Shown here: positions 19,870-29,625 of the stretch, piece after piece | How the letters are laid out: the number at the start of each line of letters is the position of its first letter | Numbering within the stretch: position 1 is the stretch's first letter | Origin: Candidatus Kerfeldbacteria bacterium | GTDB lineage: Bacteria; Patescibacteriota; Patescibacteriia; UBA9570; XYC2-FULL-38-9 | Length of the DNA: 64,000 nucleotides | Assembly: GCA_016182555.1 (NCBI GenBank) | Contig: JACPGJ010000007.1 | Span: 53 to 64,052 of the forward strand | Reading direction: 5' to 3' | Notes under the pieces: generated by a model | Told to the model about the DNA's origin: nothing | The model's database searches: none | Seen by the model: the letters and a program-made list of their open reading frames with translations, nothing else | Made by a program: the position numbers and the translations under genes

Positions 19870-22161
19870 CTATTTCTTTTTCTTCTTCGTTGGTGTTTTT
19901 TTGGCTGGAGTAACCGTATCGGGGGCAATTGGCGTAGCCACCCCTTTCGCTCGATCCTGAAATTCCTTGGCTTTCTGCTTGGCAGCGGAATCGGCAACAA
20001 TGGGTATCTCAAAATGGAATGTCGTACCCTTACTTTCCCCCGGGGACTCGGCCCAAATCTTTCCACCATGACCTTCAACAATTTTCTTTGCAATAAACAG
20101 GCCCAAACCAGAGCCATTGGGATTCACGCGGGCAATTTCAGAGCCACGCACAAATTTGTTGAATAAATTTTTCGCCTCACCGTTGGCAATTCCCACACCC
20201 GTATCCGCAACACGCACATGAATTTTCTTGGAATTAGCCTCAGCGCTTATGGTCACCGACCCCTGTGGCGTGTATTTAATGGCATTGTCCACCAGGTTCA
20301 AAATAACATCTTTAATCTTATCTACATCAACTTCAGCTTCTGGGAGCGCCGTCTTCTTATAAATGAGTTTGACCTGTTTTTTATCCGCAGTGGGTTTCAG
20401 CTCCTTATACATCGCTTCAATGACTTGATCGAATGGCGCTGTAGTGAAATTCATCACAAAACGACCGGCCTCGATACGCGTGACGTTGAGGAAAGTGTTG
20501 ACGAGGCGAGAGAGTCGCTGAGATGCATCCAACACGTCTGAAATAACCGGCGTTTTTTCTTTATCCAAAACGCCGTAGTCCCCGTCTTTGATCATGGACA
20601 GATACCCAATAATGCCTGCCAGTGGTGTGCGCAGTTGATGCGACGCAATGGACATAAACTCAGACTTTGCTTGGTCGAGTTCTGTAAGTTTTTCGTTTGC
20701 GTGTTTTAATTCGGACGTTGCTCGCTCCACTTCACGTTCCAATTTGACGGTAAATTCTTTTGCTTCTTGGTAAAGGCGAGCTTTCTGGATACCCGAGGCC
20801 ATCTGAGGCGCGATGACTTCAAGTAGTTGAATATCATTGATTGAAAATGTATCTCCAGAACGTTTACGCGAAAGCACTAATATAGCGTCAAGTTTATCAC
20901 CAACGGCTATTGGAACAATCGCGTATGCTTTCATATTTTCGATATTGTCTCGGATTGTATCAAATTTTTTTCGCTCTTCTTTAGTTTTTGCATCTGCCAC
21001 TTTTCTATCCAATTCATCGAGAATAAGAATTTTCTTACTTTTTATTAAGTATTGAATGAGAATCGAATTATTATATATATCTATTTTATTTTTAGTATGT
21101 TGATCGGAATGATCAAGTTCTTCCGGTGAAATAAATGTATTGTTTCCTACAGGTAACAACAGTATTACATGCTCTAAGCGCAGTTGCTGCTCTAAAGCAA
21201 GAGAAAAATGTTCAATTAATTTGCCCAACTCTACTTCCTCATTAATAACATCCGTAAGATTTTTAGTAACTTGCGGATAATTAATTGCTGCTTTGAAAAA
21301 TATTTTGTTTGTGGCTTTTGCAATAAACCGTTTTATTGGATCAAGTAAGGTAACAATAATTAAAGAGGTGATAGCCAAGACTCCAATTTGACCAATACGC
21401 GAATTTTCAGAAAAATAGGTTGAACTAAGGAAAGTGATGAGTCCAAAAGTACTCATCACAATAGAAATTAATAAAGCATAAACCAGTGATCTAGTAAGCA
21501 CTGTTCGTATATCCATCAATCTATACCTAATAATGGCATACGAAGTAAAACCCAAAAATACAATTGTAGCCAAAGGGCCAATACCATTAAAACTTCTATC
21601 ATTAAAAAAGATTGGAAAAATTAAATTTGTTGTTGAAGCTATTATAACGGTTATTAAAAGACCTATAAAAAAATACTGTACTTGTCGTCTAATTAATCCT
21701 TGAAATTTAATATAACTTTTGATTAATTTAGCAAATCCCCAGAATATAAAAGTAAAAAAATATAGAGGAAATAATATTGTAATGAGCCATGATTCTATTC
21801 TTTCGCCCGATTCTGAAAAAGATACTGAAAATGGCCAAGTTGTTGTAAAAATTATTGCTACCGATGATAAAAAATAAAATAACCACTTTTTGTTTAATTG
21901 CCTTATTGGAAAATAATAAGAAAATAATACGAATAACGCAGGAAAAGCAAAGGGACCTGCAAAAACTAATTTATTAAAAAGTTTATAGTCTGGTGCAATT
22001 GTAAACATTGCAATACACATTGACCACAAGGACAAACTCGATCCAATAAGAAAAAAAGTAATATTAGTTGGATTTTTATAATTTTGTTTTAACACAAAAA
22101 ATCCCAATAAAAATAAACTTACGCTACTTAATAATTGTAAAATCTGATCAATTTTGAACAT
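19870..22161 (-). CDS. Membrane sensor histidine kinase (HisKA_7TM-GAF-HisKA-HATPase)
   Basis: Multiple TM helices ending YAIIRYRLMD; GAF-like segment; H-box ASHQLRTPL; NLVDNAIKY, DTGVG, GSGLGL. Confidence 0.95.
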   Translation of the reverse strand: MFKIDQILQLLSSVSLFLLGFFVLKQNYKNPTNITFFLIGSSLSLWSMCIAMFTIAPDYKLFNKLVFAGPFAFPALFVLFSYYFPIRQLNKKWLFYFLSSVAIIFTTTWPFSVSFSESGERIESWLITILFPLYFFTFIFWGFAKLIKSYIKFQGLIRRQVQYFFIGLLITVIIASTTNLIFPIFFNDRSFNGIGPLATIVFLGFTSYAIIRYRLMDIRTVLTRSLVYALLISIVMSTFGLITFLSSTYFSENSRIGQIGVLAITSLIIVTLLDPIKRFIAKATNKIFFKAAINYPQVTKNLTDVINEEVELGKLIEHFSLALEQQLRLEHVILLLPVGNNTFISPEELDHSDQHTKNKIDIYNNSILIQYLIKSKKILILDELDRKVADAKTKEERKKFDTIRDNIENMKAYAIVPIAVGDKLDAILVLSRKRSGDTFSINDIQLLEVIAPQMASGIQKARLYQEAKEFTVKLEREVERATSELKHANEKLTELDQAKSEFMSIASHQLRTPLAGIIGYLSMIKDGDYGVLDKEKTPVISDVLDASQRLSRLVNTFLNVTRIEAGRFVMNFTTAPFDQVIEAMYKELKPTADKKQVKLIYKKTALPEAEVDVDKIKDVILNLVDNAIKYTPQGSVTISAEANSKKIHVRVADTGVGIANGEAKNLFNKFVRGSEIARVNPNGSGLGLFIAKKIVEGHGGKIWAESPGESKGTTFHFEIPIVADSAAKQKAKEFQDRAKGVATPIAPDTVTPAKKTPTKKKKK

Positions 22162-22189
22162 AATATATTATTATTTTACATGAAACTCC

Positions 22190-22226
22190 TTTTGGCAGCA
22201 AAGGTGTTTATCCTTTGCTGCCAAAA
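22190..22226. terminator. Perfect 15-bp hairpin between the GNAT gene and the kinase gene
   Basis: ttttggcagcaaagg-tgtttat-cctttgctgccaaaa. Confidence 0.7.
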
Positions 22227-22241
22227 ATCTGCTGAATTCTA

Positions 22242-22937
22242 TCAAAATGGAAGAATGAAAAAAAACCTTCTCGGGTTACAAGGGTCCTCCCTAATTCTTC
22301 TAAACCCCATATATTTAAGATGCTTCACCAGCGTGTGTGCATCTATCAAAGTTCTACACATAACTCCGCTTTTCTGATTGCGATCTGCATTCTCTGCAGC
22401 CGCAATCAGAAAATTAACTGCTGGTAACCCCCTTACCGAAAAGAAAAAATCCAGATAACCCCTTTGATTAAGTTTATACTTAATCTTGTAACGCAATGCC
22501 AATGTTATAAGAATGCTCTCCCATCGGCTTCTGCGCAATCTAGGGTCCACTCCTATAAAATCAATATACCAATATTGATCCCCGTCAAAATTTTTATCAA
22601 ACCCCCATATCCAACCGACCAATGATCCCCCGACCGCAAAAGCAGCATACATCCAAAAGCCGGGAAACCCTTGTATGTGTAGAAGATACTCTCTAATTCT
22701 ATCACCTGACCAAAATTTAACCAATTCGGATTGACAGATAGGGCATCTACCTGGAATCCAGAACCGGGATTCCGATCTAATTCCTAGGCTCGGGTCAGTC
22801 GGAGGGGAACACTGATTACATACCCAATGATCCTCATTGAAAGGTGGTTTGCCATAAAAAGATTGAAAAAAACCTGCCAGTACGTTTGCGAAAATTTCTG
22901 GATTGAAAACCTGAGAATATACGATTGTTCTTCTCAT
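22242..22937 (-). CDS. GNAT-like acyltransferase with Zn-ribbon insert
   Basis: SD gaaggag before MRRTIV; CNQC...CPIC; LVGWIWG, YIDFIGVDPRLRR (motif A) and LKYMGFRR (motif B). Confidence 0.7.
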   Translation of the reverse strand: MRRTIVYSQVFNPEIFANVLAGFFQSFYGKPPFNEDHWVCNQCSPPTDPSLGIRSESRFWIPGRCPICQSELVKFWSGDRIREYLLHIQGFPGFWMYAAFAVGGSLVGWIWGFDKNFDGDQYWYIDFIGVDPRLRRSRWESILITLALRYKIKYKLNQRGYLDFFFSVRGLPAVNFLIAAAENADRNQKSGVMCRTLIDAHTLVKHLKYMGFRRIREDPCNPRRFFFILPF

Positions 22938-23031
22938 TTTTTTCTCCTTCAAAATTTCAAAGTCAGCATTGAAACCCCGAGGATATTATACACAAAAATA
23001 AGTACTAGTAATAGTGTGCGTAGGCAGAGAA

Positions 23032-24150
23032 TTATATTTTCATTTTGTCAAGCAGGCTGAGTAATTTTGATCTATTATACTCATCAAATGGTAACGATAA
23101 TTTTATACTATGATTATTCGCACTAGGGTATGTAATCTTATAACTTGATAAAGGCTCAGCTAAAATCCCATATTTCATAAAATACTGAAACAAATTTTTT
23201 TCTTTAAGATGATCATGTATCACAATTAATGGAACTGCATCATGTGTATTATACCAATATAAACCTATCGCACTTAATTTCGTATAAATTTTTTCTTTAT
23301 ACTTTTTTACATCCCTTCTAACGTCATTTAAACGAAAAAAAACATTATTTGCACATAACGCAACATTTGTAGAATATAAAGAGGGTTCAAATGGGGGGAA
23401 AATATTTTTTATATATGGGGCTATATTATTTGAAAAAATGCCATAGCCTACTCGAAATGAAGCCAAACCGAATCCTTTAGAAAAAGATCTAATCACCGCT
23501 ATATTATTATATTGTTTTATGAGATGTATGATTGATTCTGAATCATCTATAAAATCCCCAAATGCTTCATCAATGAATAATAAAATATTTCTTTTGTGAC
23601 AAAGAATAGCTAGTTTGTGAATATCTTTTATAGGCATCACCCAACCAGTAGGATTATTGGGTCTATCAATATATATTACAGTTGGATTTAAAAAATCAAC
23701 TTTTTTAATAACACTATCAACTATATTAGAAAAATTATTAAATCGGGAAATAAATACTAATTTTCCACCGGCAGATTGAAATTCTGAAGGTATTTCATTA
23801 AACTGCGGTCCTACTCCTAATAATAATCCTGGAGTAAGCAGCTTATGTATAATTCTTTCTGCAATATTGAAGGATCCATGTCCTAAAAAAATATTATCTT
23901 CTAACTCATCTACATTAAATCTTTGTATTATGGAATTTTTTAGATCATTATAAATTTTTATATCTGGATACTTATTTGGATGAAAATTATTTTTTAAAAT
24001 TACAAAAGCTTTATCAATACAATCAAAAAAAATTTCTGGCCCCGAACTCATTCGACAATCCAAATAATTTAAATTATACGAATAATTACTAGCATAAGAG
24101 TCTCTCTTATAATCACAAATAGATTCTTTAATGAAATTATTAGGTTTCAC
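23032..24150 (-). CDS. PLP-dependent class I/II aminotransferase (HisC/CobD-like)
   Basis: IDRPNNPTG, IDEAFGDF, RSFSKGFGLASFRVG (PLP lysine); very AT-rich. Confidence 0.88.
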   Translation of the reverse strand: MKPNNFIKESICDYKRDSYASNYSYNLNYLDCRMSSGPEIFFDCIDKAFVILKNNFHPNKYPDIKIYNDLKNSIIQRFNVDELEDNIFLGHGSFNIAERIIHKLLTPGLLLGVGPQFNEIPSEFQSAGGKLVFISRFNNFSNIVDSVIKKVDFLNPTVIYIDRPNNPTGWVMPIKDIHKLAILCHKRNILLFIDEAFGDFIDDSESIIHLIKQYNNIAVIRSFSKGFGLASFRVGYGIFSNNIAPYIKNIFPPFEPSLYSTNVALCANNVFFRLNDVRRDVKKYKEKIYTKLSAIGLYWYNTHDAVPLIVIHDHLKEKNLFQYFMKYGILAEPLSSYKITYPSANNHSIKLSLPFDEYNRSKLLSLLDKMKI

Positions 24151-24217
24151 TGTTCTGTAAAAAAATAAACCCCAATTTCTTATACATTAAAAGAAACGTA
24201 TTTGCAATATCAATAGA

Positions 24218-25039
24218 TTATTTATTTTTTATCTCAACTATACGGTCAAAATGTAAAATAGCAATACACATTAAAAAATAAGCAGATAAATAAAGCATAT
24301 CCCCAAACCCATGCGCTATCCATGCTCCGCGATTAACCTGAAAAAGAAAATTAAAATCGGCAAAATATTGGACAACGAGAGCAACAAGAAACAACTGTAA
24401 TTGGGCAAAAACAGCCGAATCTTTAATATTTTTGGAAAAAATCCACAATATCAATGCTAAACCAACGTATGTCGCTTGGCCGAGTGGGTATCCGAGGTCA
24501 AAAAATAATTTGAATGGATGAGCTAAGTCGATATGATAACCGTGTAAAAAAAATCGATATGACAATACATACATCACCAATAACACCGTCCCCATTTGAA
24601 ACTTTTCCACAGGCGTTTTCATGACATCTACAATCCCTGAGCCACGCATCAACTGCATCACCCCATAAATATAAAACGGAATACTTCCGAAATAGCCAAT
24701 ATCGGGCAATGAAGGATATGGCACAGGAATATGCCAAACAATAATATACACACTAAAAAGAGTCTGGCCCAAATTTTGTAATAGCAACCCAACACTAAAT
24801 GCAAAAACAGCTCTTCGTAATAAATGATTCTCTCCTTTCCATGAATATACGATATTCAAACCGCATACACCGCCAAATAAGGCAACCAATTGATAGAATA
24901 CGCCCCAAACCATTTCACTTCGAGGTATGGTAAAAAATGGTGGGAATAACCACCAGATAAAAAAAATCATAAATAGCCCAAAGGCAACACGTGCAGAGCG
25001 ATCTTTTTTTATGAGTGCTATGATAGTATAGAGAATCAT
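24218..25039 (-). CDS. Stand-alone polytopic membrane protein of sensor-domain type
   Basis: 7-8 hydrophobic segments; PYPSLPDIGYF and DLGYPLG motifs seen in membrane sensor modules; likely start MILYT, 1 nt after the upstream stop. Confidence 0.75.
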   Translation of the reverse strand: MILYTIIALIKKDRSARVAFGLFMIFFIWWLFPPFFTIPRSEMVWGVFYQLVALFGGVCGLNIVYSWKGENHLLRRAVFAFSVGLLLQNLGQTLFSVYIIVWHIPVPYPSLPDIGYFGSIPFYIYGVMQLMRGSGIVDVMKTPVEKFQMGTVLLVMYVLSYRFFLHGYHIDLAHPFKLFFDLGYPLGQATYVGLALILWIFSKNIKDSAVFAQLQLFLVALVVQYFADFNFLFQVNRGAWIAHGFGDMLYLSAYFLMCIAILHFDRIVEIKNK

Positions 25040-25040
25040 A

Positions 25041-26450
25041 TTATGAAGTATGATTTTTTTGTTGCAAAAATACTTTTGTGCCTTCAATCGTTTTTTGCCA
25101 ATAGAGCAAATGCGGTAAATTATGCTGAATGGAGTCATGAAACTCTTTCAAGCCGCGAATATCTCGGCGAGTGAATTGTTTATGGTTTTTATGTTGCCCA
25201 ATGAATACGAGCACCAACAAACGCGACTGCTTCATCACCACCATACAAATCTCTGCTTTCTTTTTCTTCATCAACCTCTGCACAGACGGTGCCATATTTC
25301 GTTCTTGTAACTCATCAAGGAACAGATACCCGCGACGGAGCGCGATGAGTTCTGCAATCACCGGTTCATCAAAAGCCACATACCATTTTGAGTGCGTGGG
25401 GAAAAAACTCTTCAACCGATGCATGTGCTCTTGCTGTACCAAGATCTCTTCCACCGGAGCCTGAATCACCTCTTGAATTGACCCCGCCAATTTAATAATA
25501 AACGATTCCAGCTCATGTGTAGAGTTCAACACGAGATTGGATTCGTGGATGAGCTTAAAAAAATCGATCTCTTCGCGGAAGAAAATGCCATCGAGAAAAT
25601 GTTTTATACGTACCTTCCCCCGTTCGAACAACCACAAAAATAACAACATAGCTACAATTAACCAAATAAATGGATGAATGTGCGCTTCCGATTCTACAAC
25701 GCGATAGACAGAAAAAATACTAACAATATAGAGCGAAGCGAATATAAACAACAAACCACCATAGACAATCGATTTTTTGAAAACAATCCGTACATCCAAA
25801 AATCTATAGCGAGTCATTGCGTATGCGGAACAGGATACAATCCCTAGTGTGGAGAGCATGGTTAATGGGAAAAATTTACGTGTGTGCAATATATCTACAG
25901 CATATAAATTGGTAAAAATCAGTGTACCAAAAGTAATCAGAAACCCATACAGAATAAATTGCGTTTGAGTACGTTTAACAACGTCATTGACTCGCAAATT
26001 TTTAAATAATAATACGCAAGAGCCGAAAATAGCTCCAAGACAATATACAGCAAAAATAATCATTCCCCACCCAGGCATAGGCATAATAATGCCATTAATC
26101 ATTTCTGAATGAGTAAATTGAAATGGTGAAAGTGCAAGTACTGCATTTACTATTGCAAAGGTGGTAAGAAAACGAAATACTCTTTTTGATAGTTTTTCAA
26201 AAACAAAAGAGTACACAAAGAGAAATGTGTACAATAAAAATAACACGATAATAAACATAGTAAGACGAACCAAAAATATATGGTAGTGCAGCAGACTGAT
26301 ATAAAAAACCAGCACCCACAATGCCAAAAAACCACTCATCAACGCAAAATAACGATTCGCCAGCTTCTCGCGGTTAAATTTCCAAGCGTATATCGCAAGC
26401 GTCGAACACCCAATGCAACTAATAATTGTGGCAATCAATAGAATATTCAT
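25041..26450 (-). CDS. HisKA_7TM + GAF-like protein lacking a kinase domain
   Basis: Parallels the N-terminal half of the 19870-22161 kinase (AYAMTRYRFLDVRIVFKKSIVY vs SYAIIRYRLMDIRTVLTRSLVY; QFTRRDI vs TFSINDI) but ends without an H-box. Confidence 0.8.
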   Translation of the reverse strand: MNILLIATIISCIGCSTLAIYAWKFNREKLANRYFALMSGFLALWVLVFYISLLHYHIFLVRLTMFIIVLFLLYTFLFVYSFVFEKLSKRVFRFLTTFAIVNAVLALSPFQFTHSEMINGIIMPMPGWGMIIFAVYCLGAIFGSCVLLFKNLRVNDVVKRTQTQFILYGFLITFGTLIFTNLYAVDILHTRKFFPLTMLSTLGIVSCSAYAMTRYRFLDVRIVFKKSIVYGGLLFIFASLYIVSIFSVYRVVESEAHIHPFIWLIVAMLLFLWLFERGKVRIKHFLDGIFFREEIDFFKLIHESNLVLNSTHELESFIIKLAGSIQEVIQAPVEEILVQQEHMHRLKSFFPTHSKWYVAFDEPVIAELIALRRGYLFLDELQERNMAPSVQRLMKKKKAEICMVVMKQSRLLVLVFIGQHKNHKQFTRRDIRGLKEFHDSIQHNLPHLLYWQKTIEGTKVFLQQKNHTS

Positions 26451-26502
26451 AAATTCATTGTATCATACACCCTCTAAACGATCATTCGAGCCCTACTGCT
26501 TA

Positions 26503-26551
26503 GGGACGGGCCGAGGTGGAACCCCCACCCAACTCGGCCCGCGACGTCCCC
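26503..26551. repeat. GC-rich REP-like imperfect palindrome
   Basis: gggacgggccgag...ctcggccc...cgtccc in an otherwise AT-rich intergenic region. Confidence 0.4.
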
Positions 26552-26746
26552 TGTGCATATTCAGTTGTATATCCATACAACACCCCATCCGTGGGGCTGT
26601 CAAATAGCAAAAATTGGCGAAATACAGCCGTCAAACGGTCGCCAAAATACTTTAGCTCTATCCTTAGCCAAAAATACAAAAAAATACGTTATCCACAGAC
26701 GGCTCTTCATCAAACCAAATTCACAAAAAAGCCTAAGAAAACGCTA

Positions 26747-27556
26747 CTATTCACCAAACACAAACCCTTTCTGCCGAGATTCCACAGAGGCATAATCATC
26801 ATTAAAATGCGCAATGACTGTATACTGATATCGCTCTCCAGCGCGCAGCCCACCAACTTCTACCGCAGACCGGCGCACACGACGCAAGGTTTTCACCACG
26901 CGTTCACCGGACGCATCATAAATATTCACGGTATAATACCGAATTTTCCCAGCGGGTTTGCGCCAATCCAATTGCGCTACATACTTTCCGCCATCTGCGT
27001 CACCACGCCCAATCGGTTCATTGCTAAAAATATCATGCCGCACTTGATATTCATCACTCATAGCCACCAACAAACGCGGAACTGGAGGAATCGTTCGCCC
27101 CACAAGCTCCACCACATCTGAAAGAACACCATCACGTTCTGCAACCAGACGAATCGTATATCCCATGTTCTCATCTAACTCGTCAATCACTGCCGACTGC
27201 GCGAGCGTCGTCACACTCGTCACCAACACGCCACTTTTTTTCTCAAATACCTGCAACGTATAGCTCGTTTGCGAAACCCCACTGGTCATATACCGTACAT
27301 CAGAATACCATTCCACTTGCAGCGATGTTGGCGAAGGAGAAACCACATATTTTGGCTCTGGTGCAGCAACAGCTTCCACATTCTGGCCAGTGACATCTGG
27401 TATACCATACGTCACCGACGATGAACCAAGCTCCGGAATACCATAATTCGCTGCCTGCACCGGTGCCCCAGAAACACAAAATACGAAAATACTCACGATA
27501 GCTGCGCTACAGCCGAGTATAGCCACCAAGAATCGATTTGTATTGATAGATTTCAT
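26747..27556 (-). CDS. Secreted protein with two fibronectin type III-like domains
   Basis: Signal peptide (VQA); PTSLQVEW...LDENMGYTIRLVA and LDW...GLRAGERYQYTVIA. Confidence 0.8.
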   Translation of the reverse strand: MKSINTNRFLVAILGCSAAIVSIFVFCVSGAPVQAANYGIPELGSSSVTYGIPDVTGQNVEAVAAPEPKYVVSPSPTSLQVEWYSDVRYMTSGVSQTSYTLQVFEKKSGVLVTSVTTLAQSAVIDELDENMGYTIRLVAERDGVLSDVVELVGRTIPPVPRLLVAMSDEYQVRHDIFSNEPIGRGDADGGKYVAQLDWRKPAGKIRYYTVNIYDASGERVVKTLRRVRRSAVEVGGLRAGERYQYTVIAHFNDDYASVESRQKGFVFGE

Positions 27557-27680
27557 ATATTCCTCCGTATATCATTATATTATCATAGAAACAATATAAT
27601 ATACAGCAAAAATGCCCTTTTGTCAATGCTTCCACTTGTGCACAATTGAATCAAATTTTTTGGCTAATATTAGCCTAAAT

Positions 27681-27905
27681 TTATTTCCAATGTTGCCAAT
27701 CAAACCGCGTAATAGATTTTTGAAAAACTGCTGGGTCAAACGACCCGCCCAATAGAACATACATTTTTGACGAAACAAACCCAACCACTGCAAAGAGAAT
27801 CAATACCAATATAGTAAGTCGTATGCGCGTTGCTCGCTCTTTGCGCTGTAATGCGGTGGTGGAATTCCGCTCAGCGCCCGCTGCCATTTTTTTTTGCTCG
27901 TTCAT
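27681..27905 (-). CDS. Small single-pass membrane protein
   Basis: Basic N-terminus followed by one TM helix. Confidence 0.6.
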   Translation of the reverse strand: MNEQKKMAAGAERNSTTALQRKERATRIRLTILVLILFAVVGFVSSKMYVLLGGSFDPAVFQKSITRFDWQHWK

Positions 27906-28101
27906 GATATACTAAGCCAATATCTATAGATTGAGTGTAACACAATGTACCGACCCAAGCGAAAAAATATTTTCGTGGAGCGCCGGCAGCGGTGACGAAT
28001 CCAGTACCGGCACACTTTCTCTCACACGAATTCAGTAATTATCCACATGCACTAAAATTTGACAGAGAACAGGAAAAGATGTATTGTCTATTTATAATAC
28101 T

Positions 28102-28653
28102 TCAAAGAGGATTCACCCCGCGGTGCGTCCTCTTTATTTTATACTCAAGTTTTCGTTTCAAATGATTGATATCTGTAAAATGTGCTCCGACAAGCTGCTT
28201 AATATTTCTAGCCGTTTTCTGTGTGTTGGCAATAACCCGCACCGTTCTATTTTTTTCCAGGAGATACTCCAGCAGAATACAAAAATCTCCATCACCACTC
28301 ATCAGAATCATTCCGCTATATTGCCCTAACGTTCTCATAGCATAAAATGTCAAATCAACATCGCAATTTGCTTTTCTTCTCACCTGACCATTGCTCTGCT
28401 TGTGGTAAATAACTGGTTTCAATACGGTGATATACCCCATTTCATCGAGCTTTGTATAAAATTTTTGTTGCTTAATATTTTTTTCGTCTAAGCCACCGAA
28501 ATAAAAAATTTTCTCTACCTGGTATCTTTCTTGTAAATACTGATACAGTTTTTCAAAATCGAGCTTCCAGTCTTCACCATCTCGTGTGACTGTGCCATAA
28601 ATGATATTTGATGCGTCAATAAATGCGTAAATCGGTCTGTGATTATTATTCAT
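28102..28653 (-). CDS. NYN-domain (PIN-like) ribonuclease
   Basis: FIDASN, KANCDVDL, SGDGDF. Confidence 0.92.
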   Translation of the reverse strand: MNNNHRPIYAFIDASNIIYGTVTRDGEDWKLDFEKLYQYLQERYQVEKIFYFGGLDEKNIKQQKFYTKLDEMGYITVLKPVIYHKQSNGQVRRKANCDVDLTFYAMRTLGQYSGMILMSGDGDFCILLEYLLEKNRTVRVIANTQKTARNIKQLVGAHFTDINHLKRKLEYKIKRTHRGVNPL

Positions 28654-28758
28654 ATATTTGAACTACCGCGGAGGGAGAATGTGGCCCACCCAAACGCAAA
28701 CCATTCTCTCGCCCCACGGCAGCAGACGATGCATTCATCTGCCACCACTACGCCCGAC

Positions 28759-29166
28759 TTACGCAACCGTCACTTCTTCTTCCAAGAACGGAATGGTTTC
28801 TAGCTCTTCCGCATCCATTTCATTCTTCGCTTTCTTCACCACCAACACACGGTCGATGGAACGCACCACCACCTCGGTGAGGTATTTTTTTGTTCCGTCT
28901 TCCCCAACCCAGCTCCGAGAATGCAGTTTGCCTTCCAGCACCACTTGGTCGCCTTTCTTGCAATGCTCTTCCACAAAGACCGCAGAGTTCGTCCATGCGA
29001 CGCATTTATGGTAGTCCACGCCTTTATTCCACTCTCCATCCTTGCCTTTCCAGGAAAAATTAGTGGCGATACTAAACGTTGCCTTTTTCTGCCCCGACGG
29101 CAAAATTTTTGCTTCCGGATCAGCCGTAAGTTGGCCAATCATCGTGACACGATTCAAATTGCGCAT
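28759..29166 (-). CDS. ssb: Single-stranded DNA-binding protein (short paralog)
   Basis: LNRVTMIGQLTADPE, FSIATN, KGDQVVLEGKL, TEVV; the IPF motif is not terminal. Confidence 0.92.
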   Translation of the reverse strand: MRNLNRVTMIGQLTADPEAKILPSGQKKATFSIATNFSWKGKDGEWNKGVDYHKCVAWTNSAVFVEEHCKKGDQVVLEGKLHSRSWVGEDGTKKYLTEVVVRSIDRVLVVKKAKNEMDAEELETIPFLEEEVTVA

Positions 29167-29450
29167 AATGATTATGCTTAAGAATTAAATCAGGGCGCGG
29201 CGCCTAGTTACGGAGGAGGGTACCAAGCGCACACGACACCCGTGAGCCACACACGCAGCTCACCACGAGAAGGTTCTTCAATTTAAGAATAAAGTAGAGT
29301 TGTTGGACACCCCTCTCCTTTCAAAACAAGCTCAATATAGAACCTTCCCGATGGTAAATTGTCAACAGCTTTTTTTAGACGGCGGTAAAATAACCAAATT
29401 TATTTCTCAATAAATAGAGGTATTTTATGCCTATTGAACGCTGTTAAAAA

Positions 29451-29489
29451 AATAGAGACGTCGCCAAAAAATTGGGGACGTCTCTATTT
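29451..29489. repeat. REP-like palindrome
   Basis: aatagagacgtc-gccaaaaaattggg-gacgtctctatt. Confidence 0.5.
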
Positions 29490-29625
29490 CCGCCTATGAG
29501 TATATACCAACAGAAAACTCTGTCAAACACGATAAGTGGCATCGTCTGTGGATATCTCTATTATTCTGTTTATTGAGTTGAACTGGATTTGATTTTTCCA
29601 TTCATATAGTATATACTCAATTTAT

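Noticed and set aside
26516-27121. 201-aa plus-strand ORF
   Set aside because: Overlaps the FN3 gene antisense and intergenic hairpins; low-complexity basic translation.
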